From Neolecta irregularis DAH-3 (lineage: Eukaryota): a stretch of 49,905 nt of DNA. The DNA lies in assembly GCA_001929475.1 (NCBI GenBank), contig LXFE01004239.1, positions 1 through 49,905 of the forward strand, given 5' to 3'. Positions 36,545-48,737 of this stretch are shown one piece after another. The number at the start of each line of letters is the position of its first letter. The stretch's first letter is position 1. The translations under genes and the position numbers were made by a program. A model generated the notes under the pieces. It was not told the origin of the DNA and searched no databases. It worked only from the letters and a program-made list of their open reading frames with translations.

Positions 36545-37220
36545 CTAGGCACCAAGTATGTAAGTGAAATAACCAGCGATGGCGCTCCCTATAACGACCT
36601 TGAACATGAACACACCATTAAGTCCAGCTCCAGAACATCCACCAAGAATTGCGTTGCAAGCGTGTGGATTACCATCGGGAAAGAGGTTTGGTGTTCCGGC
36701 GCCCGTGCTTGAGCTACCACCTGAACCACTAGATGCAACACTCGAGTTACTAGATCCTGTAGTCGCCGCACCGGCAACAGCAACACAGGCAGCCGGGGCG
36801 GGTGTAGGAGTGGCACATAGAGATTTCTTGGCGGCAATTGCTAACGGAATGTCGCCAGGCGCCTGTTGAAGGATACAATTTTGAACTGAGCTTTGGTACG
36901 CGGAGGAGGCACAAAGACACTGGGTGTCAAATTTGCTTGTACAGCCAGAACCGGTAACCCCGTTATCGAAACATGCATGTCCCGCAGCTATATTTCAGAA
37001 AAATCGGTTGGAGATCGATTGATGTACCTGAGAGACCCGCGTTTTGAAGTCGGTCGACACATTCATCGCTTCCACTTCCAGATGAAGAGGTGTTCGAAGA
37101 CGAGGATTGCGAGGAGGCCGCTGCACTTGGTGCTACTGCCACAGAAGCGACTTCCGAAGATGATGCTTGAGCCGCGATAACGGAAGCAATCTGGGCCAAG
37201 ATGATAATGTGGGTTCGCAT
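36545..37220 (-). CDS. Secreted, probably GPI-anchored CFEM-domain protein (2 exons)
   Basis: Signal peptide MRTHIIILAQIASVIAA and intron 36988-37027. The CFEM-like region reads ACFDNGVTGSGCTSKFDTQCLCASSAYQSSVQNCILQQA...SLC, followed by a hydrophobic C-terminus. Confidence 0.8.
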
Positions 37221-37474
37221 ATTGATCCTGGTTTTTACGAGTGAGGGCAAAAGTGGGCGCAGGACCGATTTAAGGTCGATATACCCCGCTCCGAGGAAAT
37301 TGTTAGTTTCCGGCGTTCCGGCAGTGAGTAATCACATGACTTTGTGCGCCATTCCAGACGCATCACATTCTTCTAAAGACTCCAGCATTCCCGGATGTAT
37401 TTGTGCTGTCAGCCCACTGAAGGATGTCTTTTCAACTGCGATGAGAATTCTTGTCTGCTGTGAGTACACTCGAG

Positions 37475-37562
37475 GTTGTGCATATAGTCTTGTTTCTGGT
37501 CTTATTATATGTTGCACTGGTGTGCATAAAGTCCTGTTTCTGGTCTTATTATATGTTGCACT
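37475..37562. repeat. 44-bp tandem duplication in a divergent promoter
   Basis: G.TGTGCATA.AGTC.TGTTTCTGGTCTTATTATATGTTGCACT occurs twice (37475-37518 and 37519-37562). Confidence 0.9.
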
Positions 37563-37740
37563 CCCCAAAGCTCGATTACACTAGTCGGCTGCTTGTGTGA
37601 TTGTAGCTGGCTATTGTGGTAGGATGCACCAGCGCTTTGTGTCAGAAACAGCGAGGCGAAACCTGCTTCGCCTCCTTGCGTCTATCCCAGCCTGTCCAAA
37701 AAAACCGGATTTCATTGAACATGACACTTACCCACGCGTC

Positions 37741-38662
37741 ATGGAACTGCTCAGTTATGTTTGGAATTATTTAACCTCCCGATTCTCGGCTCCAGGGATC
37801 AATCTCATTGGTCTTGGAATCATTGGCTATTGTTCTTTCTGGATCCCCTCCCTTTTCTTTCTGTACGTGGATACCCACCAACGTCCTTTGTGGTTGTATT
37901 CTCGCAAGATCCAAAAGACACCAAGGATCACGGCTTCTGAGGTAAAGAAATGCGTCAAAGTCGTCTTGCGAAATCAAATCATGATCACAACAATATCCGT
38001 CATCTTTTATCTTCGTGTGATGGCTGGACAACGTAAATTTCCCTACAAATGGAAAGGATTACCGAGCTTTCAAGAAGTTGCTCTTCACTTGACAATCTCT
38101 GTAATTATACGTGATATTCTGTTTTACTATGGTCATGTGGCCCTACATTCGCGATATCTTTATAAATTCATCCACAAGGTATGATTCTAAAAGGAATCTT
38201 GCTGATAATTCAAGCAGCATCATGCTTTTACTGCTCCGATGGGCATGTCCGCCATGTACTGTCATCCTGTTGAGCATCTTGTATCCAACTTCATTCCAGT
38301 CATTGTTGGACCTGGGTTGTTGGGGTCACATATATTAGTGGTATGGCTGTTTGTCATCATGGAGAGCGTTGCTGCTGTTTCCACCCATTCAGGATATCAT
38401 TTGCCAGGAATATTGCGGGAGGCGTCTCGATTTCATGATTACCACCATGAATTCTTCACCGGGTACATGTTGAAAATATCTGGTTCAACTGACTTGAAGG
38501 AATTATGGCAGCAGAGAATGGCTTGATTATCTCCATGGCACGGACAGTGCATACAAGAAATATATGCTAACAAAGAATGCCGTGAGAGATGACATTGTGA
38601 CCGAATGGAGTATGCTAGGAGCTCTTTGGGCCATCGCCTTGGGCAACAAATTTGTAGGGTAG
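37741..38662 (+). CDS. Fatty acid hydroxylase / sterol desaturase family protein (FAXDC2-like), 3 exons
   Basis: His boxes FYYGHVALH, YKFIHKQHH, YCHPVEH, HSGYH and FHDYHH, plus NYG..WLDYLHGTD. Confidence 0.88.
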
Positions 38663-38897
38663 TTTTATAGAATTTTGGTCCTTTGTCTCTCTATGTCTTG
38701 TCGTGATCGACTGCTGTTATCAGCTGACGTATGCAAAGGCATTGACGAACCACCTGTATCCTCATTTTCCAACTTCGTCCAATCTTCGCGCGGCCTTAAC
38801 CTTTTCGTAGTTTCAAGGGAATTTCTTCGGTTCCGTTTAATCCTTGCAACTACTCTAATTCTAACGTGGAAGAGGTCAATTGATTTAATAAAATACC

Positions 38898-39763
38898 ATG
38901 GCTGATCGATATTCATTTTCTCTTACAACTTTCAATCCGAGGTTCTTCACGCTATCTTCAAACGAGTTGCTAATTATGTTAGCGGTAAACTCGTGCAAAT
39001 TGAATATGCTGTCGCTGCCGTGAATCAGGGTGTTACCTCACTTGCTATCAAAGGTGACTTAAAATTCGTCACTTGAGACTTGACGCCTAGCAACTAATGG
39101 GATTGTTCTCGCAACGGAAAAGAAATCCCAGTCACCTTTGATTCTCACGAACACATTAAACAAGATCAGTTGCATCACTCCTGATATCGGAATGGTGTAT
39201 AGCGGAATGGGACCAGACTTTCGAGTGTTGGTTGATAAGGCACGTAAAGCCGCACACCAATACAAGCGGATATATAACGAATACCCTTCAACAAGAATAC
39301 TTGTCCAAAAAGTTGCGAAAGTAATGCAAGAGGCTACGCAGTCCGGGTAACTCTGAAATGTCGCCGATTGTGTTGATTAGCCAGCGGAGTGCGTCCCTTT
39401 GGCGTGTCTATTCTCATATCTGGGAATGACCCATATCACGGTTTCCAACTATATCAGGTTGATCCAAGTGGTAGCTACTTTCCATGGAAAGCAACAGCAA
39501 TTGGGAAGAACTCATTGAGCGCGAAGACCTTTCTAGAGAAGCGATATACCGAAAACATGGAATTGGAAGATGCGATTCATACAGCGTTGTTGACGTTAAA
39601 AGAAGGATTTGAGGGAGAAATGACAAGCGAAACTGTTGAAATTGGTATTGTTGGAGATACCTCCCAACATTTGCTTGGGTACGAAGGGGTCGAAGGTCAC
39701 GAGGGCCCCAGATTTAGAAAGTTGACTGCAAGTGAAATTCAAGATTATCTTGATCAGCTATGA
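38898..39763 (+). CDS. PRE8: 20S proteasome subunit alpha 2
   Basis: [52 protein letters not shown] and [19 protein letters not shown]. Confidence 0.95.
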
Positions 39764-40120
39764 TAGGAACGTATATACTGCTCATATGGATGTCTATCTG
39801 TTCGAGGAGAAACCTTTGGTGTCTGGATGCAAATACAGTGGGGCATAATATTGCAGCAATGCTTGACTGAGTGCAATGATTGTGCCATATATTTCGACGA
39901 AACAGAACACATTTGAGCGACTGAACATAGATTACCAAATTACAGAAATTCTCGATAGTATCGATAGCGCCGGATGTCAGTAGTCTTCGAGATGCTCTGT
40001 ATCGGCCGCAATTACTTGAAGGGGAAGCGACGATCGTCCAAATAGACAAACCCCCCTGTCTGTTATGTTGGGCAACCGACCGTGCTTGCTTTGACTCTCC
40101 TCGATCCCCATTCTACTTTT

Positions 40121-43039
40121 ATGCTGCCTACGGTTAAGGAGCAGATCACCAAGGCCTCAATGCCCGCGGCAGCATCATCTCCCACAGATTCGCATCTGCT
40201 CAGACCATTACACCAAGTAACTTCTCAAGATTCCCTACGAATTTCTCTAGACACCTTGAGCTCAACCCTCGAGGAAATGGATACAACTCTAATTAGCGAC
40301 CAAAAATCCCTCGAAGAGGAGGGATCGATGATTGTACCTGTTGTCTGAGACAAATCTGACCGCTTTCAGAATCCCGCACGCTCCAGATACACTTGCGGCT
40401 TCGCGCCTGTTCTCGATATCTGTATTCCAGTAATCGGTGTTCGTGGTGTGGGAAAGACCAATTTCATCAAATCGGTGTGTCAATTGCGCGACGACGAAGA
40501 AATACCCAAGTCTACTAGTAAAATATATGATATTCGAATGGAAATGCTGATACTCCAGCCATTGTTTCACATGGAAGAGTGTTCGACGTGAGATTCACAG
40601 AAATCGACCCGTCTTTACTTGATCTTAATGCTGAGTCGTTCAGATGGCCTCCGGTTTGCTCACTATCGTTGAAATGCCCTCTGAAATCTACTAGCATTTT
40701 TCCTCAGTTGATGGCGTTCTTGTTTGCTTTGATGCTGCAAATAAGGATAGCCTCCGTATTGTACCGGATATACTGAGTATACCCCTATTTTAGTGATGTA
40801 TTTACTGTCAAGATGCTCTCATCTGTACCGATGTCCCTTCGCTTCTCGTTGCATGCAAGAGCAATATCGCGAGTCGCAAGGTCGATCTCACATTAGGCAC
40901 GCGCGTTGGCGCAATATTCGGTGTTAGTGCGATGGATGCCGGTGAAGATCATTCATCATGCAAACCCTGTGTTAAAACTCTCCTATCTGCAATCCTTGAA
41001 AAACGCAACGGTTTGTTCCCGGTCCATCCTTCTAAGTTTTAAGCGTCTCTAGTACAATCTTCTCGACGACGCGGCAGTTCAATCCCGCCCGGTTTTGCCG
41101 ACCTTTCTCATCCGCCACGACAATCTTCTGATCGCTCCAATCAGGCTCTTTCCAACTCTTCTTCAAGAGATACTCTAGTCCCGAATCCACAGGGCAGGCC
41201 CTCGAGATCGCATACCCTCAAACAGACGCCTCCACTCGTCATTCTTCCCAGCCTATTATCAATGGATCCAGGTAATCTACCGTACGCCGCCTCCGCGTCC
41301 ACGCAACTGTCAATTAACTCTGCAAATTTGGATTCGCGGAGAGGCAGTGGGGCCGTGGGATCCGAATTTGAAGAAGAAGGCTTCAATTCCGAAGTAATCA
41401 GTGTCAGTGCGACAGATGCTTGGGAATTGCAACGAGACGACCCTCTGAGCGCTCTCGACCCAAATAGGGAAGACGGACAGGGTTCAACCTGGGATGAGTT
41501 GGTGGATAAACTCCTTGCACAGCCGAAATCTCGCACGGGTAGGTTTTATCTTGCCTATCATATAACTGATAATTTTGCAGATGTGTATTTTACAACGGTT
41601 TTCTTGGTCTTCTACCGAAAATACGCGCCTCCGCGTCAGCTGTTGGATTCTATCATGTTGCGATTCGATACAGCAACGGAAACTTCTCCTGATTTCCTGG
41701 TTGCTATGATGACCCGATCAAGGTTCTCAGTAGTCCATTATTTCCTAACTGGTAGGTTTTGTTACATTCTTAGTCAGTGGGTCCAAGAACACCCAAATGA
41801 CTTCTATTACCCCCATACGAAACAAAGCTTGGTTTCATTTGTTAGAAGCCTTGCCGATGTATCGTCGCTGAATCATTATTATCTAGAGCTGCTTCCAGTT
41901 GTCGAAGACATCCCAGTAAATGTTGAAGATCCTGACGCATTCTGGGGGCTATGCGATGCAGATTTTGACGACACTCAGATTGATGAGATGGTATCGGGCA
42001 AAGCAGGCGTCGTTAACTCGCGTCACCAGCCCTTTGTTGCTGATCTACGCCGAAATAAGCCAGAACCAGACATTGGCCATCCATCTTCTCCTGCGAAAGG
42101 ATCACGCAAGTCTAAAGATACTGATACTGAGTCAGTTGCTGGTTCCACAAAGCCTGCCAGCAGTGATACCGCTTATGACGACAAGAAACTATTAAACTTC
42201 ATAGATGTACCGGATGAAACCATGGCACGAGAATTGACACGGATTGAATGGGGATTCTTTGCATGCCTCAAGCCTCGGGATCTCCTAAGGCATCTTTGGA
42301 TGTCATCCTCCACAAAGTCAAATTTTTCTCTAGTTACACAAATGATCAACCACTTCAATCACATTTCCAACTGGGTTAGTTCAGTAATCTTATCGCGCGG
42401 AAAGGCCAAATATCGAGCTCGCACTCTCGAGAAGTTCATGAATATCGCTTGGCTGTTACGAAATCTCAACAATTACAATACACTCATGGCAATTTTGGCA
42501 GGAATCAACAATGCATCTATTCTCCGTTTGCACTCAACCAAAGAACTTGTCAAACAGCGACCTGCTTATAGATATTTTATGAGTCTCGAAAGATTGATGT
42601 CGTCTGATAGATCTTTTTCTGCGTATAGGTTGGCTATGAAGATGACTACTGGTGAGAAAATTCCTTACCTGTAAGATTGATATTTGCAAGCGCTCATCGC
42701 TTAGGGGGATTCATTTACAAGATTTACTTTCAATCGGGGAAGGAAACAAATCTTTTCTTTGCGAATCAGAGAAACGCATCCACTGGCAAAAGTTTTCGTT
42801 AATGGGTGAAGTTGTTTTGGGACTCTTGAAATGTCAAGATTTTCCATATCGACTTCACAGGGATCCGATAATCGAAAGATTAATTGTCGAATCTCCAACA
42901 TTAACTGATGAAGTGATCCTCATTTATTAAGCAACTTCTGACCTGTCAGGAGATGTATAAGCGAAGCCTAGAAGTAGAGCCCCGAAAAGCTGGTCAATCG
43001 GTCTCGAGCAAATTCATGGCTTGGGTGGAGCATTTGTGA
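40121..43039 (+). CDS. RasGEF (REM plus CDC25 domains) with an N-terminal small-GTPase-like domain, multi-exon
   Basis: P-loop GVRGVGKT, DGVLVCFD, LLVACK, WDELVDKLL, FLVFYRKYAPP, ARELTRIEW, FNHISNWV, LRNLNNYNTLMAI and IPYLG. Start codon is tentative. Confidence 0.85.
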
Positions 43040-43786
43040 CAGAATATCAAGATCAGCTTGGTGGTCTTTACTCTAACTCACTTGCAAAAAATCATTCTGC
43101 CAGAGTATCCTCTTGTTTGATGTCTTTTTCAACATGCAAAGGGGCTAGATTTAAGGTCTGAGTATGGAGATGGAGTCTTTGATTTGAAGCAACCATAGAC
43201 TATTTATTTTGTTTTGCTTTGTATCTCGTGTTTTGGGTTACTACATATCATACCTGTCTGAACTGGGTCGATTTAAGTCACGTCGTTCAAAGAGACCTAG
43301 AATACAGGGCCAGACTCCGACTGCCCGTATTTGACCTAACCATGCGACCCACTCTATTCAGGCTTACCGGCTATGTACATCATCCGCCAGAGGTGGCTTG
43401 GCTGATTGAATTATTGCTAATCGTATAGCATAAAAAAAAATTAGATACTGCACGAACAATAAGCCACAGGCTAGCACAACTGAGAAAAGTTCCTGCTGAA
43501 CTCATTCCGCTCGGTATGATGCCTCATCTCTAAATGAGTAATAAACTTTTTAGCCGTCGTTTTGGGGCTTGGAATCGGGGGTGGGGATACTGTTGGCTTG
43601 GGGTTTGCTAATGCCACTAGCTGCTATATTCGCCTTGGGTCACAAATTGCTTTATGATGATGTAATGCTCAATGGAACGACATTCTGGTCTGACAAGTTA
43701 GCTCCGGTTGACTCCTTCAAAAAAGAAGAAGGAGCATTGATTTGGAAATGTACAAAGAAACAACAAAGAATAACTATTATGAACTT

Positions 43787-44374
43787 TCAAGATTCAGGAT
43801 TCGGTCCTGCCAAATCCAGTCCTGCCATCGCCTCTCTTGGATCTCTATATACTGGTTCCGTGGAAACAGCATCAGGTTGTTCTCCCTTATCTTCTTCGTG
43901 AATCGCATGTTTTCGTAACCAATCTTCTTGTTGCCATACTATAAAATCAATACGTTGCAATTTCGCAATTATGCATACCTGGCAAATCTGAATCAAGTCC
44001 GTTGAAATTCTCTCGGTCCTTTTTAGCTGGTTGAGCTCTTATCACTCTACCGAACAGTTCTGCTTGGTCCATATTGTCGATTGCTGCCCTTGCATCCATA
44101 GGTGATTCAAATTCTACATAAGCGAATCCACGGTGACGCTTTCCTGAAGACGTTAGGCATTTGAGCTGTCCAGGTATAAGAATACCGGAATCTCTATCTT
44201 CTTGAAGTTCGATTTCGACGACATCTCCAAAAGGAATAAATGCAGCATGAAGTATATCTTTGGTAACTTCTTCGCTCAAGCCCGCTTCCAGATCAGCACA
44301 GGGGCATCATAGTTGAATTGATAGAGCGTACCTACATAAACTGTCGATTTGTGTTTCTGGTTGGTGGATGCCAT
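43787..44374 (-). CDS. RRM protein of the cyclophilin E (PPIE/Cyp33) N-terminal type, with no PPIase domain
   Basis: STVYVAGL...LHAAFIPFGDV, HRGFAYVEFE, AAIDNM...ELFGRVIR and VWQQEDWLRKHA. Confidence 0.85.
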
Positions 44375-44453
44375 TTGGGGATAAAGGTGAGTGAAGTTTA
44401 CCAAACAAAATATACCACGTCGGATTTCATCTTTCTATTCGTTATATGCCAAT

Positions 44454-47400
44454 ATGTCTCTTCGTTCCGGAAAACATATCAGAGAAGCCTCTGAGAAGTC
44501 TGAGCGCAAACGCTTTATGACAGATTTAGATATTTTGAACGATACCTCTCGACTGGTTCCTTTGGGCGTTATCGATACCCATCTCCGACTTCCTGGACCA
44601 ATGCCCTTAGCTCCAGATCACTGGATGTGGCTACCACAATGGAGCCTGGATCGCCGGAAAACCATCCTCAAAGTGAAAACTACAGAGGATCACCTTGAAT
44701 ATCTATTTTTTCACAATTATGTTCGTCTGACTTGTAAGCCAATTAGGAAGAAGCTCCGCCTCAGGATTTATGCCATACCGCAAGATACCATTGGTTTAAG
44801 CAGAGAAGCACGGCGCAAGGCAACTAGGGAATCTAAAGCAAGCTTCAATCATGTCCTTGAATCTATCGACAACTCCCTGGAAGGATGGCATAACCAATCC
44901 GCTCACCAACGAAATGTCTGTTTGACCCTTTAGACAGTGATTCAATGCTAGTAGTTCCTGGGTGAAAATATACCGAAAAATCTGTACGACCTCTGGAATA
45001 ACCTCGAATCGCCCAGAATATACGATTTGCCGAATATAGATCCTGAAACTAGATACATTCTCAACGGTGTGCTGTCCAATGATGTATATGGACTAGAGAC
45101 AAATTTATACGAATACCAAATCCGTTCGAGCTGGAAGATGCTGCAACGAGAATTATCGCCCAAAAGGACCATCGATCCGAGATTGCGTCTACTTCATACT
45201 CCAACAAAGACTCTATCTTTCAAGAATGAAGATAACGAAATATATCTCTTTCCCCCTTTATTCGACGATACAGTCGGTGGTATCCTTTCTGAGAAGATGG
45301 GATTTGGAAAGACACTCATATGCATTGCGGTTATACTTGCTACATTATATCAAGATAGCAAGATTCCCGGCCATGTCATTCACAAGGAGAAGCCACGGTC
45401 AATGCAAAGCCTCGTTCAGAATTGCATTCAAGTGGTCCAAACCAATTCTGTGACTTGGAGACATATGAGTGATCTTCCGATCACTGGAATAGACTACCTA
45501 AAGACGCACCCTGCATACTACCATGTCCCTGCTCCCGAAGAACGGAGACGATCACGCGGTTCTGAGGCTAGGATGACGGGGGATGAAGAGAGAGTCTTCC
45601 TCTCGCATGCAACAATTGTGATCAGTCCTGATAATCTTGTCTCGCATTGGCTGAGTGAGATACATAAAGTATGAAGATTCCCAGATTTTTGCTTACTGGA
45701 AGCACACGTATGCTGGAGCCTTGGTGTATACTGTCATTGAAGATAAATCGCCCTCAGTTTATGAGCTGTTAGAAATGGATCTTGTCATTATTTCGCATTC
45801 AAGATTTGCCAAAGAAGAACGACAACATGGTCAATGGACCGGAAAGGTACCTTGTCATTCAGCTCCACTGATAACTAGCCCAGAGTAATATGTGCATGTG
45901 ACAGACCACCTTGTGAATGTAGCGCACACCTGATTCAATACAAATCCCCACTGCTGGAGATTCACTGGAAACGCATTATGATTGACGAAGGACATTCAAT
46001 GAGCTCCAAAATTTCAGACGCCTCCCGGCTCTCTCAAAAACTTCGAGTCGACAGAAGATGGTTGATTAGCGGAACAATTACACCTGGTCTCGGTGTCGAC
46101 CATCCAGATCATAAATCAGAGAAAGACGATCTTCAAAAATTGGGATTTCTAATTGGTGAATTCCTCCAGCTTTCTCCGTATCATTCGACTTCACTATGGT
46201 CAACTCTATGTCAGGAATATACGCGTGGAATTCTTATCGTTAAAGATATCCTGCAACGAATCGTCATTAGAAACCAGGAAAAAGATCTCGGCGTTCAACT
46301 TCCTCCAATGACACATAAAACCGTTGTTCTCCGCCCAACTAGTCATAACATTACATCTTATAATATCTTTATAGCGCTAATTGCTTCCAACGCAGTTACA
46401 TCGCAAAGAACTGATCAGGACTATCTTTTCCATCAGTCGCAGCGCGAGCATTTCAGAAGACTAATTAGTAATCTTTATTCAGCTTCATTTTGGTGGACAG
46501 GAACTCAAATCACGGATCTTGAACAGACGATTAAAATTACCGAGAAGGCTATGGATAATATTCATACGTATAATCCGACAGATCAACTCCTTTTGTTGAA
46601 AACACTTGATGTGTTGCGTACACCTCTTCAAGATATCGTTTGGAAAGAGTTTTCTAGTAAACACCACCTGGGTATGTAGTACGTCATTAAAATTAATTTA
46701 TAGGATATTACCTTGATAGTATTCCAAAAGAGATTGAATCGCGATGGAAGATTGATCTAGAGCAACAAATTGTATCTGGTGGAAAGGTTCTAGAGCTTCG
46801 TAATACCGTGTCGAAATTCGCATGGATGGAATCTGAACAACTTTTAGCCAAACTGATTGAAAATGAACAAAATTTTACGAATGCCGAGGAAACATTAAAG
46901 TTACAAAGAGCGTTACGAGTGGAATCGGAACATGTTGAAATCAAGCTAGACGATGACAGTCCTCTCTTGAAAATCTCCGTCAGCAAGACATGTTCCGCAA
47001 AACTGAACTACCTTGTCGAGCAGGTGTTGGAATATAGTACACAAGAGAAGATTATTATTTTTTCCGAGTTTGATGATGTGCTTTATTACACTGCAGGTAT
47101 GAACCAGCCAGACGCCAAGATAACGCCGATTAGAAGCATTGGAGATTATTGGTATCAAACATCTCATTTACGCCCGAATGAAGGTCTAGTTGTGTTGTTG
47201 ATTGAATCTTACTGTGAGGGTGACAAGCAAGCACGCCGACTGTCGCGATATCTTTCAACGTTTAATACGAACAATCAAGTGAGGGTGCTGGTAATGGATT
47301 TACGCCTCGCATCACACGGAATTGACATCACCTCTGCGTCGCGCATATATTTCACACATCCCATCTGGAGAAAGGATATCGAAGCACAAGCAATCAGACG

Positions 47401-47813
47401 AGCATTAAGAATTGGCCAAACTCGGGCGGTAGTAGTGGAAACTTTAGTAATGAGCGGGACTTTTGAAGAACAAATTTTGAAAAGAAGAGGCGAGTTGGAA
47501 GGAAATGGCAAGAAACATTAACGATCTCGTTAACAAGTCAGTACAGGAGAAGAATTTGGCGAACGATCAATGGATCCGGAATATAATTGAATCTGCGCAA
47601 TTTATCGATTCTGGCATCGCCGAGACGAAAAGTTTCAAGGAGTCTATATTCCTGTTTCGAGGGGGTTTTTATGACCAAGATCTAGATTTGACCATGGACG
47701 AAGGATTTGACTTTCAACTGGGCAAGAGAATTCAACTGGGCAAGAGAAAGGATAGATTTGAAAAAGACAGAGATTCACCGAAAAAGCAAAAGAATGTTGC
47801 ATTTGTAGAATAA
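44454..47813 (+). CDS. SNF2-family ATPase (Rad5/Rad16/Irc20-like group), multi-exon
   Basis: [53 protein letters not shown] and [13 protein letters not shown]. Confidence 0.85.
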
Positions 47814-47824
47814 TCTGGAAATCT

Positions 47825-48555
47825 CTAGATAGTGTCTGGACGTCAAAAGGGGTTGCAAACTAGTGTTACCGGTCAACAATTTGTTGAGCTTGTTGATATG
47901 ACTGGCGATACTCAAATCGATGGTTCTGTCGCCAATCTCGACGACAAGACCTCCAAGGATATTTTCATTGACCTGGAAATGAGACGATGCAAAGGGTAGC
48001 GTACCTTGTTTTCAAGCTTGAGTTTCTTTCCTTGTCCGACGAGAGACGATTTGGTCAATGCTGTTTCCAGTCGCAACAGTGTCTTTGCATCGAGTGGCTC
48101 AAGGTGAGACTTGAGAGCGGGAGAGCGAGTACCTGAGCACTAGTGACTGTAGCTTCCATTTCTCCGCGGTGGGCTCTCATCAATGCGGCAAAAGCAGCAG
48201 CGACGTCCTTGATGAGGCCGAGTCTGTTGTTTTCCGCCATGACAGTGAGGAGGTTCTTGATGGAGCTGTGTGCGCCTGCGGACTTTGCAAGGACCTCTAC
48301 GACTGTAGCCCTGTCCTTTGAGGAGAGTGCTGGGTTTGCGAGGATGGGGTGGAGCTTGTTGTCATTGTGGACGAGGGAGGCGAGGGATGCGAGGGACGAA
48401 GCGACGGGGTCGAGGCAAGAGGACTTTACAGCGGCGGAGTAGAGTGCGGAGGCATAGGAGCCGTGCGGGCCTGTGAGCGCAAGGGGCGGCGCGGAAGAGG
48501 CAGCCGCGTAGCCTCGCACAGCGGAGCGCAGTGCAAAACGCACCGGGGCGAGCAT
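47825..48555 (-). CDS. ATP5: Mitochondrial ATP synthase subunit 5 (OSCP), 4 exons
   Basis: Presequence [47 protein letters not shown] and [17 protein letters not shown]. Introns are 35, 32 and 34 nt. Confidence 0.95.
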
Positions 48556-48737
48556 AGTCGTGGCGGATAGACAACCCGCCAAAAATCCATTTCTACTTGA
48601 CCACGTCCAGGCTACCCATACAGTCTCAACCATCTACAGTAACTCTAGCCGGCCCCATGCCGGGAATTCCTCTAAATTAACTCCGTTCTTGAATTGTATC
48701 CATGCATTGTAGGCAGCAATCATTGTTCGTAAAGGTG

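Noticed and set aside
47713-47748. 18-bp tandem duplication ([12 protein letters not shown])
   Set aside because: This is a simple in-frame slippage in a disordered tail, with no wider significance evident.
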